Shown here: piece by piece, positions 1-21,305 of the stretch
Position numbering within the stretch: position 1 is the stretch's first letter
Layout: each line of letters starts with the position of its first letter
From: Tubiluchus corallicola
Taxonomy: Eukaryota; Animalia; Priapulida
DNA length: 64,000 bases
Assembly: GCA_030141605.1 (NCBI GenBank)
Contig: JAQGDQ010000583.1
Coordinates: forward strand, 71,937-135,936
Reading direction: 5' to 3'
The notes under the pieces: generated by a model
The model's database searches: none
The model's input: the letters and a program-made list of their open reading frames with translations, nothing else
What the model was told of the DNA's origin: nothing
Program-made: the position numbers and the translations under genes

Positions 1-8258
<8,258 letters not shown>

Positions 8259-8559
8259 TTTTAATGTTGTCTCTTCATGTGTTCATATGCCTTGCTTGGA
8301 GCGATTGACTTCGAAAGATTGGCGTTGAATCCGCGAAGGGCTATAATTATACGAAGTACGTTCTGCTGCTGAATATCTAATAAAATAACATCGTTGTTGT
8401 ATTGATTACATGTCATGTAGTAATTTATGATGTATACACATATTTTTCACGAGTTTTGCATGATTAAATAAGTAGGGTACGCCCACTGTTGCAACGATGT
8501 AATGCCACTTTCGCCTGTCCATATTTTTTTCTGTTGGTTGCAGAAGTTCGTCGACAGGG

Positions 8560-9780
8560 TGCAGCACCACACAAGGCTGGCAGTATGGCACGATTCTTAC
8601 ACCGTTCCCGCAAAACTGACTCGCACCGTATTAGTAGGATAAAGCATTATCGTAATTTCATACCAGTTGCATATAGAATCAACTATAAGAGTGTCATGTT
8701 AATGTTTGTAGTCGATCATATTAAACAATTGCAGCAGCCGAACATGGAAAATATCTGGAGTGAAAGTCCACGGGAAGAGGCTGCCCATGCTGATTGGGGC
8801 ATTTTATCGCCTGCAGGGCTGCACTGATTTCCACGTAAACCTCGATGCAAATTTAATTGACGCCGTAAATGAAAACCTAGAAATAATCTTACTAGGGGGC
8901 TTCAACTATGATTATGCCTAACTGGTCTGCAAATAGAGGGGGGAATTTTGAAGGTAATTTGATACTTTGAGGAGAAGCGTTGAATGTCCGAGGTTCCTGA
9001 ATTACCCTTTCTTTAGTAACCAAAGCGTGAGTGAAACAAGAGAAACATATTTGCATGCGGAACACCGTACTTACTTGTGTGTTAAATTGCCATGAAAAAG
9101 AAACAGTCAATTGGGATACTAACATATATGTTTTATAATATTTACATGCACAAACAACGTTAACAACAGTGCAACAAACAAACAAACAATGCTAATTAGC
9201 CTACATATTTATGACAACTAATTTATAAGTGACCCGTCTAACGGAGGTGTTTGTGTTTTAAGACACAGTATTTAGAGATTAGCAATGAATTCGTTTGGCA
9301 GAAGGCTTTTATAACATACGATATTCATAATATCTAAAAATAGGTTAGGTACAAGTTTAAGATCACGTATGCCATACAAGGTCAAAACTACCTATGAATG
9401 CGGCTTCAACAAGTTTTTGAAATCGCGACTGTTTTATACTTGCAACAGTCCACGACAAGGACTGTGTAAAAAGATTAAATTTCTTACGAGATGAATACCA
9501 TCTAAAGTAGATCATCAATGTTCTTATTAGAGTAAATGAAACAGCAGAAACGATAATAGACCACATCTAGGTTAGTAAAAATAGCACATAGGAGACTGGT
9601 TCTATCTCCGTTGGTCTCAGCGACCGTGGTCTGTCTAGTACGAAAACGCAACAATGCGATTAAACAGGGGAAAATGCAAACGGTCACAGACACGATGTAA
9701 TCCAATAAAGTGAATAACATTGATCGAGACTCTTTCTTAGATGAACTCCTATTAATAGACCGGATCTGCGTGGACAAAAT
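8560..9780 (+). mobile_element. Decayed non-LTR retrotransposon (CR1/L2 group) AP-endonuclease region, interrupted at about 8920-9450
   Basis: Frameshifted translation gives NMENIW..KVHGKRLPMLIGAFYR..NENLEIILLGGFNYD (GDFN-like motif). It resumes near 9453 with IRVNETAETIIDHI..SVGLSD (TR/IDH/SDH-like motifs) and NIDRDSFLDEL. Confidence 0.7.
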
Positions 9781-10896
9781 TGTAGAAAATTATAGTGCAA
9801 ACGAAATGTATGTGAGCTACAACGTACCCGGTTTTTCCTGCATACGTAGGAAGGCTGTGTTTAATCTCAGAAGTAGGCTGTTTTTGAGTCAGAATACTGT
9901 TATTAATATTACTCTTCTTAAGATGAATCTTAGCTAATGATGTAAACAAAATATACGGCTCGTATATTTTGTTCACAAACAAACAAAGAAATACGTACCT
10001 ATTTTTCGGGATACGGTTAGATCGGGAAGTTTGACAGGTAAATCAACCCCCCTAACATTTTTGTGTAGGTGTTATATAAGTTTAAACATTAAGCTATACT
10101 AATTGTAAAATAATTAAGCAGACGGCATTCCATTTTGTATTTATTCTATGCAACTTTTCTATCTCTTCTTACGTCAAATATCTATTATAGCACAAATTTT
10201 TGTACTAAACTAAATGACTACAAATGCTCGCTGGAGTTTTCTAGTTATCAAATAAATGTCAAGTAACTTTTAATACACTTAAATTGTAACAAGGTCGTGC
10301 ATAGCAGGCAGCCCGTTGCAGCTGCATGAGGACTTCTCTGCTGGCAACAGAGCCCAAGCAGCCAATTTACAAACATCTATTTTTGCGTCCCGACGCTATG
10401 GTACATTTTTGTGGCTGCATCAGCTGATGAAGCCCTCGGCTGCGTCGAATACTCACTCAAGGTCGACGACGACGGGACCTGATTGAAGCCAAATTCTACA
10501 CTGTGCAGTGGACTGAAGTGCCTAGTGAAGCATGTCCCATGGTAGTTGGATGAGCGGTGACCAGCGACATCCGTTTGGTGTCAAGTAAGAGAACCACAAT
10601 AGTGTTATGTCAACCTTGTTGTTATATTAAGATAACTGTAAAATATTTAGAATGTAGTCAGTTTTTCATTACAATTTATTAAGTTTTGAATTAATGATGG
10701 ACGCTACGTCGCGCACACGGTTTCTAATAGCGATGCATAAAACTCTGTGAAGCATGAAATATTTAATAATGCTGTCAGAGTAGCAGAAAATTGATGATGA
10801 TTATTAATTATGTCTGAATAATTAATATAATATTATTTCTAGACCCGGTTAAAGTTTGCAATTTTACCCTCAAAACAGGAAATTGGTTCGTGAAGC

Positions 10897-11176
10897 GGAT
10901 TAGGATTAGAATTATGCTTAGTGTTGGGATTTGGATTAGGGTTAGGGTTAGGGTTAGGGTTTGGGTTTGGGTTGGTGTTAGTGTTAGGGTTGGGGTTAAG
11001 GCCAGGGTTAGGATCGGGATTGGGGTTAGTGTTAGAAATAGGGATAGGATTGCGATTTGGGATGTGTTAGGGTTAGTGTTGGGATTAGGATTAGGGTTAT
11101 GGTTAGGGTTAGGAATGGGATTTGGGTTGGTGTTAGGGTCTGGGTTAGGGATGGGGTTAATACTAGGATTTGGGTG
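10897..11176 (+). repeat. Degenerate (TTAGGG)n-like repeat
   Basis: A few perfect TTAGGG units at about 10935-10959, surrounded by TTGGGT, TTAGGA and TTAGTG variants. Confidence 0.85.
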
Positions 11177-11789
11177 CTTAAATTGTGCAGTAAATTGTTA
11201 ACTCCTTCCCTAGACCCAAAAATGTTTTACAACTTGATATTGATTTGCGTCATGATAATTTTTAGATTATTTTTAAGATATTCATTTCGTTCTCACGGCA
11301 AAATTTTTGGAAGCAAAAACTTTATCTTTGGTAACAGTATGCAAAACGATTTTTGAATATGTATATATTTTTTTGCTGTCACCTATTTTGAATGATGAAT
11401 GTGTGCATAAGTGAACGTACAGATTTCGGTGCTCCCTGCTACTTCGGTCAAGTTTGTATTTGAATTGAATTTTCATGATATTTTGATTTTTTAAATTTTC
11501 TCTGCGCAGTTGTGTTGTTGTAACGCGGAGACGCATAGTGATTCATGCTGCAGTCTCAACCGTCTGTGTGCTACGCTGGGGTATAGGATATCAAATGCTT
11601 TCTAAATACGGCTGAAGAATTTTAAGCATGTCGTAGCTTACTTTCACACATTGAAATTCTTGCAGACTAGTTGTGAAATTTGTGCGCATTTTACATGTTG
11701 CAAAGTTCGCGTGATTCATTAAGATTCTCTTCTGAACACTGCATATAGCGAGTAGATTTACTAAAAATATTTATAAGGGAAGAAGTCAG

Positions 11790-11893
11790 TGGAGAAGGCG
11801 AAGGGAGAATGAAGAAAAATATCCGAGAGTAAGAGATAGATAGACAGATAGAGAGAAGGAGAGGAGGGAGGAAGAGAGAAAGAGAAAGAGAGG

Positions 11894-11936
<43 letters not shown>

Positions 11937-12000
11937 GAGGGCGGAAGAGATAGAGGAAGGTGAGGAAGGGAGATAGGGGGAGAGTGTGTGTGTGAGAGAA

Positions 12001-12054
<54 letters not shown>

Positions 12055-12085
12055 GGGGGAGAGAGGGGGGGGGAGAGAAAGAGAG
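11790..12085. repeat. GA-rich polypurine / (GA)n low-complexity tract
   Basis: Almost entirely A/G, with internal (GA)n runs. Confidence 0.9.
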
Positions 12086-14504
12086 TCTTAGAGCAGCAGA
12101 ATGTGGATAATTCGTTATACCTTATTTACCTAATTTAGTATCCTAGTTATACAGACTATATATAGTTATATATTTTCTCGAAAGTTCATACGCTTATGGT
12201 TTGCCATTTTCGCCGTACACTGAATTTTCGATGCAGAATTTTTGGTAGTGGATATGCGGATCACGTAAACGATAGAGCAGATGCCGTTTGTTTTCAGTGG
12301 TTGCTGTAGCTATTTTATTTCTTTGCTGATTTTTGCTTAACATGGAGGTTTTCATTATTTTTGGTCACCCATGGTCGGAAGAAAAACATCCGGGCGTAAT
12401 GTCCCCACACAATTCAGACGCATGTCTATACGGCCCTTACTTGTTCTCTCCTGGGAAAAGAATTTGTGTAGGCCTATTTTGCCGGGTACACCAAGCTATT
12501 TTAAGACATTGTCTATAAAATTATGCATATTTGCCCCAGAGTTTGGCGACAAAAGTATAAGTTGTTGTTGTTGTTGAGCATTTCTGTTAATACATTCAGG
12601 GTGGATTCTGTTAGGAGGCGGAAGCTGACTCCATCTCGTTTGTGAATTTTCGCCTTCATTTCATTGCAGGTTTATAATAACAGCCCAAAGGAAGGGATCG
12701 TGTGTTGTGTATCCAGCCGAGGATATTAGTGAAATCCAAAATCATTTTAAATAAAAGGTGTACCATACCTAGGTAATCTGTTAACACAAAAAAGAATTAA
12801 TAATATTTTCGATCGGGTAATCTTGATATTGTAATGAAAAAAGTGCATAAAAGTTAGAAGTATACGATTGTAGTGCCACATTGTGTTGTACATTAAAAAT
12901 TTCGAAGAAAAACTAGCTCAGGAAAACAGTTATTGTACTTTTCCGCCATTTTTGAACTATGAAAATACCAGAACGTTTCGGAGGTTTCTTCAAAAGCTGC
13001 AATAAAGTGGCTAGTGACCCGTTTCTGCCAAGAGAAAGATTTTCAAATAAGATATCAATTAAGAGTTTCGTTCGGGAGAAAGGGTAAACTACGACGTGTC
13101 TAGGGTCTTTTCAGCGTGCTTAAAAAGCAGCTGCTGAGGTGATCCAATGGTCTAACCAGCTACTATGCCGGTTTGGCCTTTGAACTTAAAGTATGTTCTT
13201 TGTCATGGTGGTAATTGCTGCTAAAATTTCACGAAAGAATCTTGTTGGAAAACGGTATTTGGCAAGGACGTTGCGAGGCATTTTCCCGCGGAAACACACT
13301 GACACACTTTCCATTAGAAATGCAAGACTGCCAATAAAGGTCTCCTAAATATTGCAAACACCTTGCTGAATGTATAGGATATTGGCAGTATTAATTTTAT
13401 CAGAATGACGTCACCGTTCTGTCACGCCACCTGCCCAAAATTGTTAAAATTAAATTAAACTAAGCAAGCAGGTGGGCCGTTAATACCTGATGTTTGGCTA
13501 TGATGGAACTGCAAAAAACATTCGTCTGAGAGAAATCACATATTAAACGTTAAAAGTTAATTTAAGCTACATATTGAAGTTGTCTGAAGTTTTTATTTAT
13601 GGTAGTTTATAGACGAAACACTGAACGTTGCACTTTTAATGATTTACGCCCAATTTTTATCGAAAGCTTGAAAACAGTTCAAAATACTCAACTCACGTTT
13701 CAATGAGTTCAGATTAAAAAAAACTGGAAATCAATCGACGAAGTTGGATGATTATGGTAAATTAACGATTTTTGTTAATCGAACTTGGCTGAAAGAAAGA
13801 ACTAGGGCCTGCCAGCACTCTAAGAACAAGAGTAACGTACGTGCCTGTAACGTAACAATATATTTTCAACACATTGCCGTAGCTTTATACGGAAGACGGG
13901 CATGGCAACATGTACAAACTGCTGTAATCGCGAAAATAATCAGTTTACTATTATTCGTGCCCCGAGGAATGATGAAAGGAAAAAAAGCTCAGGTTTAGAC
14001 ATAAAGCTTTTAGTGGGTATATTTAACGGGGACCGAGTCAGTCTGCAAGCTCGTCTATTAGGCTAAAAATACTCGCCAAAGTTAAGACTTCCAGATGTTC
14101 TCAGATATACTGTCGTCGAAAGTCACGGCAGCAAACATAATATTGTAGGCCAAGAAGTAGCAGATTGCACATTGTATTGAATTGCACACGAGCACAACCA
14201 TGTTGATGAATGAGATATTATTTAAACTGATTTGCATTTTTCTACCTACAAATTTTCAGTTATACGTATGAGTACAAATTTATACCTGCACTGGTGCAAT
14301 TTTGGGAAGGCTAGTCGTAGAAATGATGAAAGAGTTTAATTGACATCGTTTTTCTGAAATGCGTGATTTTCAGTGTTTCAAATAAACAAAGAAATCATAA
14401 CTTAATAAAATCTAGAGTATTTTAAATATAACTAATACAACTTGGATTATTAAAGAACACTGTATCTTTTTTTAAATTCACAGTCTGACCTATTCACGCC
14501 CTCT

Positions 14505-14867
14505 ATAATATAATATAATATAATATAATATAATATAATATAATATAATATAATATAATATAATATAATATAATATAATATAATATAATATAATATAATA
14601 TAATATAATATAATATAATATAATATAATATAATATAATATAATATAATATAATATAATATAATATAATATAATATAATATAATATAATATAATATAATA
14701 TAATATAATATAATATAATATAATATAATATAATATAATATAACATAACATAACATAACATAACATAACATAACATAACATAACATAACATAACATAACA
14801 TAACATAACATAACATAACATAACATAACATAACATAACATAACATAACATAACATAACATAACATA
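14505..14867. repeat. Compound pentanucleotide microsatellite (TAATA)n then (TAACA)n
   Basis: Perfect TAATA units to about 14740, then perfect TAACA units. Confidence 0.97.
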
Positions 14868-17800
14868 CGTCACGTTGCATTTTGCGCATGGTGACGTCAA
14901 TGGTTACTGTTAAACTATTTCAGGTTATACAAAAAAATTCGTGGCGCGGTTCCGAAAATCGCTATTTTTACAGATATTTCGCTTCAATAACAAGATGTTA
15001 CTCTTTGCTAACAACTTCTTTGATCGCTATGAATAGCCCAAAACTCGCACTTGTGAAGCCGTGACTCGTTTACCAACATTAACCGGCTCAGTCCTTAACA
15101 ACTTTCTCCGTAAATAGCATATAAAGTCTTTTTATTGCATGTTGTAGCTCAAACGTTGTCAACACTTTTTTTTATCAAAACAACCCTAAGTATATAAGGA
15201 GTACTTGTACAGTAAAATTTTGTACAGTAAACTGGGTGTGAGATGTAGGTACATGAGGTTAATTTCAAACTGAGCTTGAAACTGAATCTTTCGGATAGAT
15301 ACAGTGCCGTAAGGAACGTGTTAACGTATTTTACAGGCTTTCAAATTGTAAAGCAGCTTTTCCTAGTACCAAGAATTCACTGTGCGCTGAACCAGTGTGT
15401 TAGTGAAAACACCTGGATCTAGTAATTAGTCACGACTTGCACAAATTTACATGTTACATCGTTCCGATATTGCGAAGAATTTTGGTTGTATTAATTGTCG
15501 GAATTCTGTGTATGATGCTGGACTTGCGCCCACAAACTATGAGATCATAGTTGGATGGGTGATCGATGCAAACCTACTGATACTTGTTGACATTTTGGGT
15601 AGCTACAAACCAGTGCGCCAACATTATTTTTACAAATATCAGTGGTCTCATTGTAGAACTTTGCGTAAGTTCACGTTTGCCTAGAATTGTAAAAATGTTA
15701 GTGGAATTATTCATATTTGCCATGGTCGGTTTTAAACAGCTTCTTCCTTTCGGTTAAGTACGACAAAAAACTAATTCAATTTTGTGTAAAATGTATTTAG
15801 TTGAGTTGTCTAGGTCATCGACAAAACTAATGAAGTTTTAATATCCAAATCTGCAGTGTGTGCACTCAACCTAGCATGGCATGTCGCTTCTTGGTGCAAA
15901 ATTGAGTGCTGGTGATCATGGTAAGTTTAGTAAGCCTACTATAATGTTGTAAAATGAAAATTTTGAGATTTTTCGAGAGAAGTTGAGCTCAGTAAATTTA
16001 CGTGAATATTTTAGACGCTGATCTTAATAGCAACAAAGACGATTGTATAACTGGCGTAACTTAAACTCTAGTTTTACGTTTTGAACAACAGTCTGCAATA
16101 TAAATTTTATTTTTTTCAGATTCATTACGTAATCTTAAAGTTAACTAAACAGTAGCTAGTTTTGCTTATTACAGGTAATATTTTTTTCGTTTTAACGTAA
16201 AGAAAGTCAAACGAAAATGTATTGACAATACTGGTAAATGTCTAGTACCGAATACCTCTGGTTGGTTAGACTTGTTTTATTTATATCCGAATATCATTTA
16301 TAACGAACAAGAACAGGAATTCAAACATGAATAATCGTCGTTCCATATTTCCCTGTGTGTCCCTTTATTAACCTCATATTAGAGAATATAGTCTGTTTCA
16401 TTTTGAAAACAATGTTGAAAATTGCCCACGTGTTGTCTAATATTTCTCTTTTTATGCAGTTGGTTGATTAGTCTTACGTAGCACTGTTTATCCGTCTTGT
16501 TCATTTTAGCAGTTTTATGGCTATCGAGATTAACGATATGGCTTCTTAGCTAAACTAAAGTGAGCTAAGGCACACATGGTATGCGTATGGGTATGTGGTA
16601 TGCACGTGTAAGCGTGATTTGCTCCACACACTGAACAACTTAGTCAAAAATAGTATAACAAGAAAGTAATAACGCAATATAGTAAGCTTTTAGGTAGTTT
16701 GCTATTTCTGTATCAACTAGTTAATACTGTAGAACAGGTATCTTTGTACATGCATACATGAAGTTGGGTCGTGTTTTTGATCACTCTATGAGTGAGTAAC
16801 ACGATTCTGCCAAATCACCCAATAAGTGATTAAATAGCGCAAACAGCGATGATGAAAAATGTCTAATTCGGCTTTGAGGAGAAGTCCAGAGCTTTGTCCC
16901 TGAAAGAAGCCTGGAGGTTATGCTGACTGCAGAAGAAAACACAGATAGTTGATCTTGTAAACAAGCGCTATATCCCATCCCAAGCCTTGCCAGACTACAA
17001 AACGTAAGTTGATTCCCTTGTCTAGCGCGTAAAAATAAATAAATAACATTAGCTGCGCCATGCTACAAAACGGTAGCCACAAGAAAAATACTTTGTACAA
17101 TATTGAAACTGTGCGATACGATAAGCGCTGATAAATCATTGCACTGATGATCAATAATGCGCAAACATTGTACATAGTTTTCGCTTTCTGATTGTGAAAT
17201 GATAGTAATAATGCACGAACGTTCTACATAGTAATGATGGCAATAAGCGGATGGGTCATAGATACAGATTTTCGTGTAAATTTAGAATACGTATTGTTTA
17301 CCTAACAGTGAGTAAATAGCAAAGTGTTGTATTACATGTGCGAGAACAAGACCTGCGCACGGCGAAAAAGACGGCTTTATAAAGTGACTCGCTAGCGAGT
17401 AAGGCAATAAAATTCACATTTTCTCCAATAAAAAATGTTTTTGTATTATTTTTTGCTCATAAACGTTTGGAATGATCGGCTAAGGTAACTGATTGAGCTA
17501 ACTTTCTGCACAACTCATTACACCACTCCTATTCCTTCCAAACTTACTTCTGTCGTCTGTTGCTAACCTCAATTTGAAAGAAGCCATGTCCAAAAATAAC
17601 ACGGCATACCATATTTCCGTCAACATTCGTCAGTGCTAGTCGGGATTATAGTTGGCTTCAAATGAGCTACGTGAACCCATAAATTACTTCAACAAACAAA
17701 CCGCAGTAATATACTGCCTGCTGGGCGCTTTACCAGTAATTGCAAACAATATGTTGTTTTTCAAATGAAATCTTGAAAAGAAAGCACCAGCACCTCTACG

Positions 17801-19149
17801 TAGACAGACATTGTTCATAATTTCATTTGCCTAACGTTTCAGCGTTGAGCAACGCCATAGGTGGAAAATACTTTGAAGCCTGCAAGTACATTACATTACA
17901 GTAACTATAATAATATTCACGGCGACCAGAATCACATTATAGGAAGAGTTGTCAATAAACAAAACAAAATAAAATGTTTGCCTATAGTGTTGCGTGTTTG
18001 GGAGAGAAATTAATTAAGAAATGCCACACTGATACATTTCAGCATCAGATATGTTACAAAAGTTATACTTGCAGGCTTCACGTTGTACATGTGATTGTGG
18101 CATTGCTGTAAGTGCTGATACGTTAGAGAAATAAAGCTGTTGTGGTCTTTGCATTTGGGATTCTTGACTTGAAAAGTTTCAAGTTTCATGTCCCAGGACA
18201 TTATTAGCATTCGCACATCGCTTTATCACTTTAATGCCATTGTTGTGAAAAGTCTGCGCGATGAGGTATATTTCGTCATACTATTATGTTACAAAAATGT
18301 TTAGCTTTCACACCTTGGCACACATTGTGACCACTCTGTTATATCTCATCCACCCATCGGGCACAACTGTTTTGGAATCAATAAATCAATCAACTTACAA
18401 TGTTTATCTTAGGCCGTTGTTTGCGAAATGCGTACCTAAAAATGTTTGTCATGTACGTTCACTTCTTAGTATTAGTCATTTCCTACCTAGCAGTTGGCAG
18501 CTGCTCTGCACTTTTATTCGTACAGCCAACCTGACAGATTACGTGTTTGATAGAACAATAGTATGGTTATACAGTTTTAAATTGCCGTTTGCCGTTTGAG
18601 ATCTTTCTCATAGGATAACGCGTATAGGATATGTGACTTCTCCTGGTATAGCTGCTACTTGAAAATAAACAATAAATGCCCTGTGTCCAAATAGCTGGGA
18701 ATCGATGCACAAATTGCTCTCTTTGTTCGTTTTCATTCTGTTTGCAATAGCTTTCATTTTAACAATATCCAGTCATGAGTAAATGAGGCTTTTATGTTTT
18801 TTGTGTTTCATTTATTTTATGAATCTTTATTGTTTACGTTTTGGCTTCTTTATTTTGTACAATGATTGTTGATGGGTAAGCCGGCTTCTTAAGACAAAGT
18901 AAATGTATTTGACTATATGTACGGTCGATTTCGAACCATTTGGATGTAGGGTTTTTGCCAGAAACGCGTGGAACGTTTGTTTTATAACATAAACGTAAAA
19001 GATCTAACGCTGACAGCTGTGTAGTTTAAAACTGACAGCTTGATTTCAGTATGTGCTCAAGATGTTGAAAGAGAACATCAGTTGCCCTCAGAATCTCGAT
19101 TGCTTCTTCGTTTTGGACCTTGGATAGCCATGTGACAGTTTAATCGGTC

Positions 19150-19595
19150 TTTTCTTCAAATTCTAATTCCATTTATTGTAGACATTGAGGCGTCAACATT
19201 TATCAGAGTATTCCACCTACTTTTGTGTGCAGCTAACAGCGCAAGTTCTTGTACTTCTAAAGATAGATTTGGTTGAAGTTGTTGAACACCTTCATTTATC
19301 TTAGCTATGCAAGTTGTTTTAGGTTTGCCAGGTGGTTTTTGCACGGTTTTCGGGCTTCCTTTAAGGCGATTCTTACTGGTAATTCATTTGGCATTCTTAG
19401 AAGACGTTTTAGCCATCTTAATCTTCGGATCTTGGCTTTTGAACTCCAATAAATTTCTTTCGTTCTAGTGTATAAATCTTCATTTTTGATTATGTATGAC
19501 CATCTTATCTTTAAAACTTTCTTTAGAAGACTTCTATGAAATGTGTCAATCTGCTTTTCTTGAGTAATTGTTAAAGTCCAAGTTTCACTGTTATG
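19150..19595 (-). mobile_element. RTE-like LINE 3' remnant
   Basis: Reverse translation includes NSETWTLTITQEKQIDTFHRSLLK and KR..G.PKT segments resembling the post-RT region of RTE-clade elements; several disruptions. Confidence 0.55.
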
Positions 19596-19959
19596 CTGGT
19601 AACATAAGCATTAAATAATCGAAATCTTGTGTTAATGTTATAGTCGGTCTGCTTATAACATTTGAAAGAAATAAAGAAATGTTATATGTGTTATAAGCAA
19701 AACGTGCAACAAATGATATTGTAGGTATGCATATATGAATGATATGCATGAGATTGTATAATGTAATTTTTTCTCCTGTTTTCTCGATACATACGTTTCG
19801 GGAAATTTATACAAACTAAGAAAAAAATCACTGTCACAACGACTCGACTCGAACACTGATCGCGTGACTCTCTGAACTAGAGACTGTGAATGAAAAATCA
19901 ACATTGTTCTAGTATATTCGTTCAGGGGTTTACGTTTAGGTTTAGGTTTTCAGTTTTTT

Positions 19960-20660
19960 TTGCAAATGGTGTCAATGTTTGCATCTTGACTTCAAGATGA
20001 CAAATCGAAAATCCGAATAGATACAGAATTAGTTCCATTATGTTCCTATAAACGTTCGTGACAATCCAATGCGCATTGGTGGAGCCATAAGCTTTTTCGA
20101 AAATGGTAGGTCAAAAATCAGTAGGGCTCCGCCAGTTAATGCAGAATTTACTCTTTTACGTCCCTGTCAAATTTCTCGATGATCCATCGCGAGTTAATTG
20201 AGCCGGTTTTTTTGACAGTGATGTTATTGCTGAAATCTTGAAATCAAAATTATAGATAAAAATCCCTCTCCGTCGTCGACGCGGAGTTTGTGCTAGTATA
20301 TACCTTTATAAAGTTTTATGATAATCCGTTTTAGGATAATTGGTAGAGCTTTGGGCTTTTTAATATTAATAAATAATAAAATAATATCATCGCCGCCGCT
20401 ATCTTGAATTCAAAATCAGGTTGAAAATCCAACGCCATCAGTCCATGTGGAAACCATCCTAGTACATACTTGTAAAACATGGCGACGATCCATTGCCAAC
20501 TGGCAAAACCTTCGGCCTTATGCGAAAATTATGCCATCTTTAATTTAAAAAGATATATCAAAAATTCGACTCAGTTGGTCGATGCAGAATGCGCTCTACT
20601 ATCTTCGTTTGAAGTTTCATGACGATCATTTGCAAACTGGCGGAGCCTTAGTTTTTTTTT
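19960..20660. repeat. Degenerate multi-unit repeat
   Basis: Motif ATCTTGA.TTCAAAAT...AAAATCC recurs at about 19983, 20235, 20401 and 20536, with GACGATC..TGGCGGAGC-like segments between units. Confidence 0.45.
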
Positions 20661-21202
20661 TAAATTTCACTCAACAGCAACAAACAGCAGCAGCTGCAAC
20701 AACGACGACGACAACAACAACAACAACAAACAACAACAACGACATCCAGAAAAGTATCAAATTGCATCGAGTACCTCGACCAAGTAATCCTTGTATCCTT
20801 AAATGCGTTATAAGTCTATTAGTTGTAGAAACGTTTTTTGAAAGATTCTAAACTGTAGCCCAGAACAATCTAATCTATAAAATACTGCAAAAGAACATAT
20901 ACGGCAAACCTAGTTCATTGTTACATGCATTTTGCCACTCGCTAGTTAGATGGGTACTAGCACTTGCATCTCGGAAACGCGTTGCACAAAAACAGGTGCT
21001 GTACCTCTTAGTTCAACTGTGATGTGCGCACAATTCGAGTGCTCAAGCATTTTAGAACTCAAAACTCAACTTGAATTTTAAATTGAGTTTTGTGTGTCAC
21101 ACTGAAAAATATTGTAAAAAACGGACGGTACTGATACGCGTAAAACTCGGAAGTCGAAATTAAAAGAAGACTTGCCAGGAATCGATCTCGCGCTCTTCAT
21201 GC

Positions 21203-21231
21203 TGATTGGCAAGAACGAAACAGTTATAAAC
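21203..21231 (+). promoter_or_regulatory. Candidate core promoter of the Zasp-like gene (inverted CCAAT box + TATA box)
   Basis: CTGATTGG at about 21202-21209 and TATAAA at about 21225-21230, about 80 bp upstream of the in-phase ATG at 21306. Confidence 0.5.
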
Positions 21232-21305
21232 AGCAGGCCCGTTCACCTGCTAAATCGACGAGGCCATTCTATAGCGAGGGTTTTATATCTGGTATTCAAC
21301 TCACA

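Noticed and set aside
8743-8850. WG..RLQG..DF segment as the missing PDZ exon of the Zasp-like gene
   Set aside because: It requires a frameshift and reads better as LINE endonuclease (LIGAFYR..IILLGGFN).
9334-9343. MEF2-like site CTAAAAATAG as a muscle enhancer
   Set aside because: A single AT-rich motif is expected by chance in this genome, and it lies 12 kb from the gene inside repeat-derived DNA.
10290-10590. GC-richer patch as an exon
   Set aside because: No sustained ORF or recognisable motif; probably a decayed repeat.
12333-12772. Short ORFs and an exon-like segment (12670-12771) upstream of the Zasp-like gene
   Set aside because: The frames checked contain stops and show no homology; at most a non-coding exon, which cannot be supported without transcripts.
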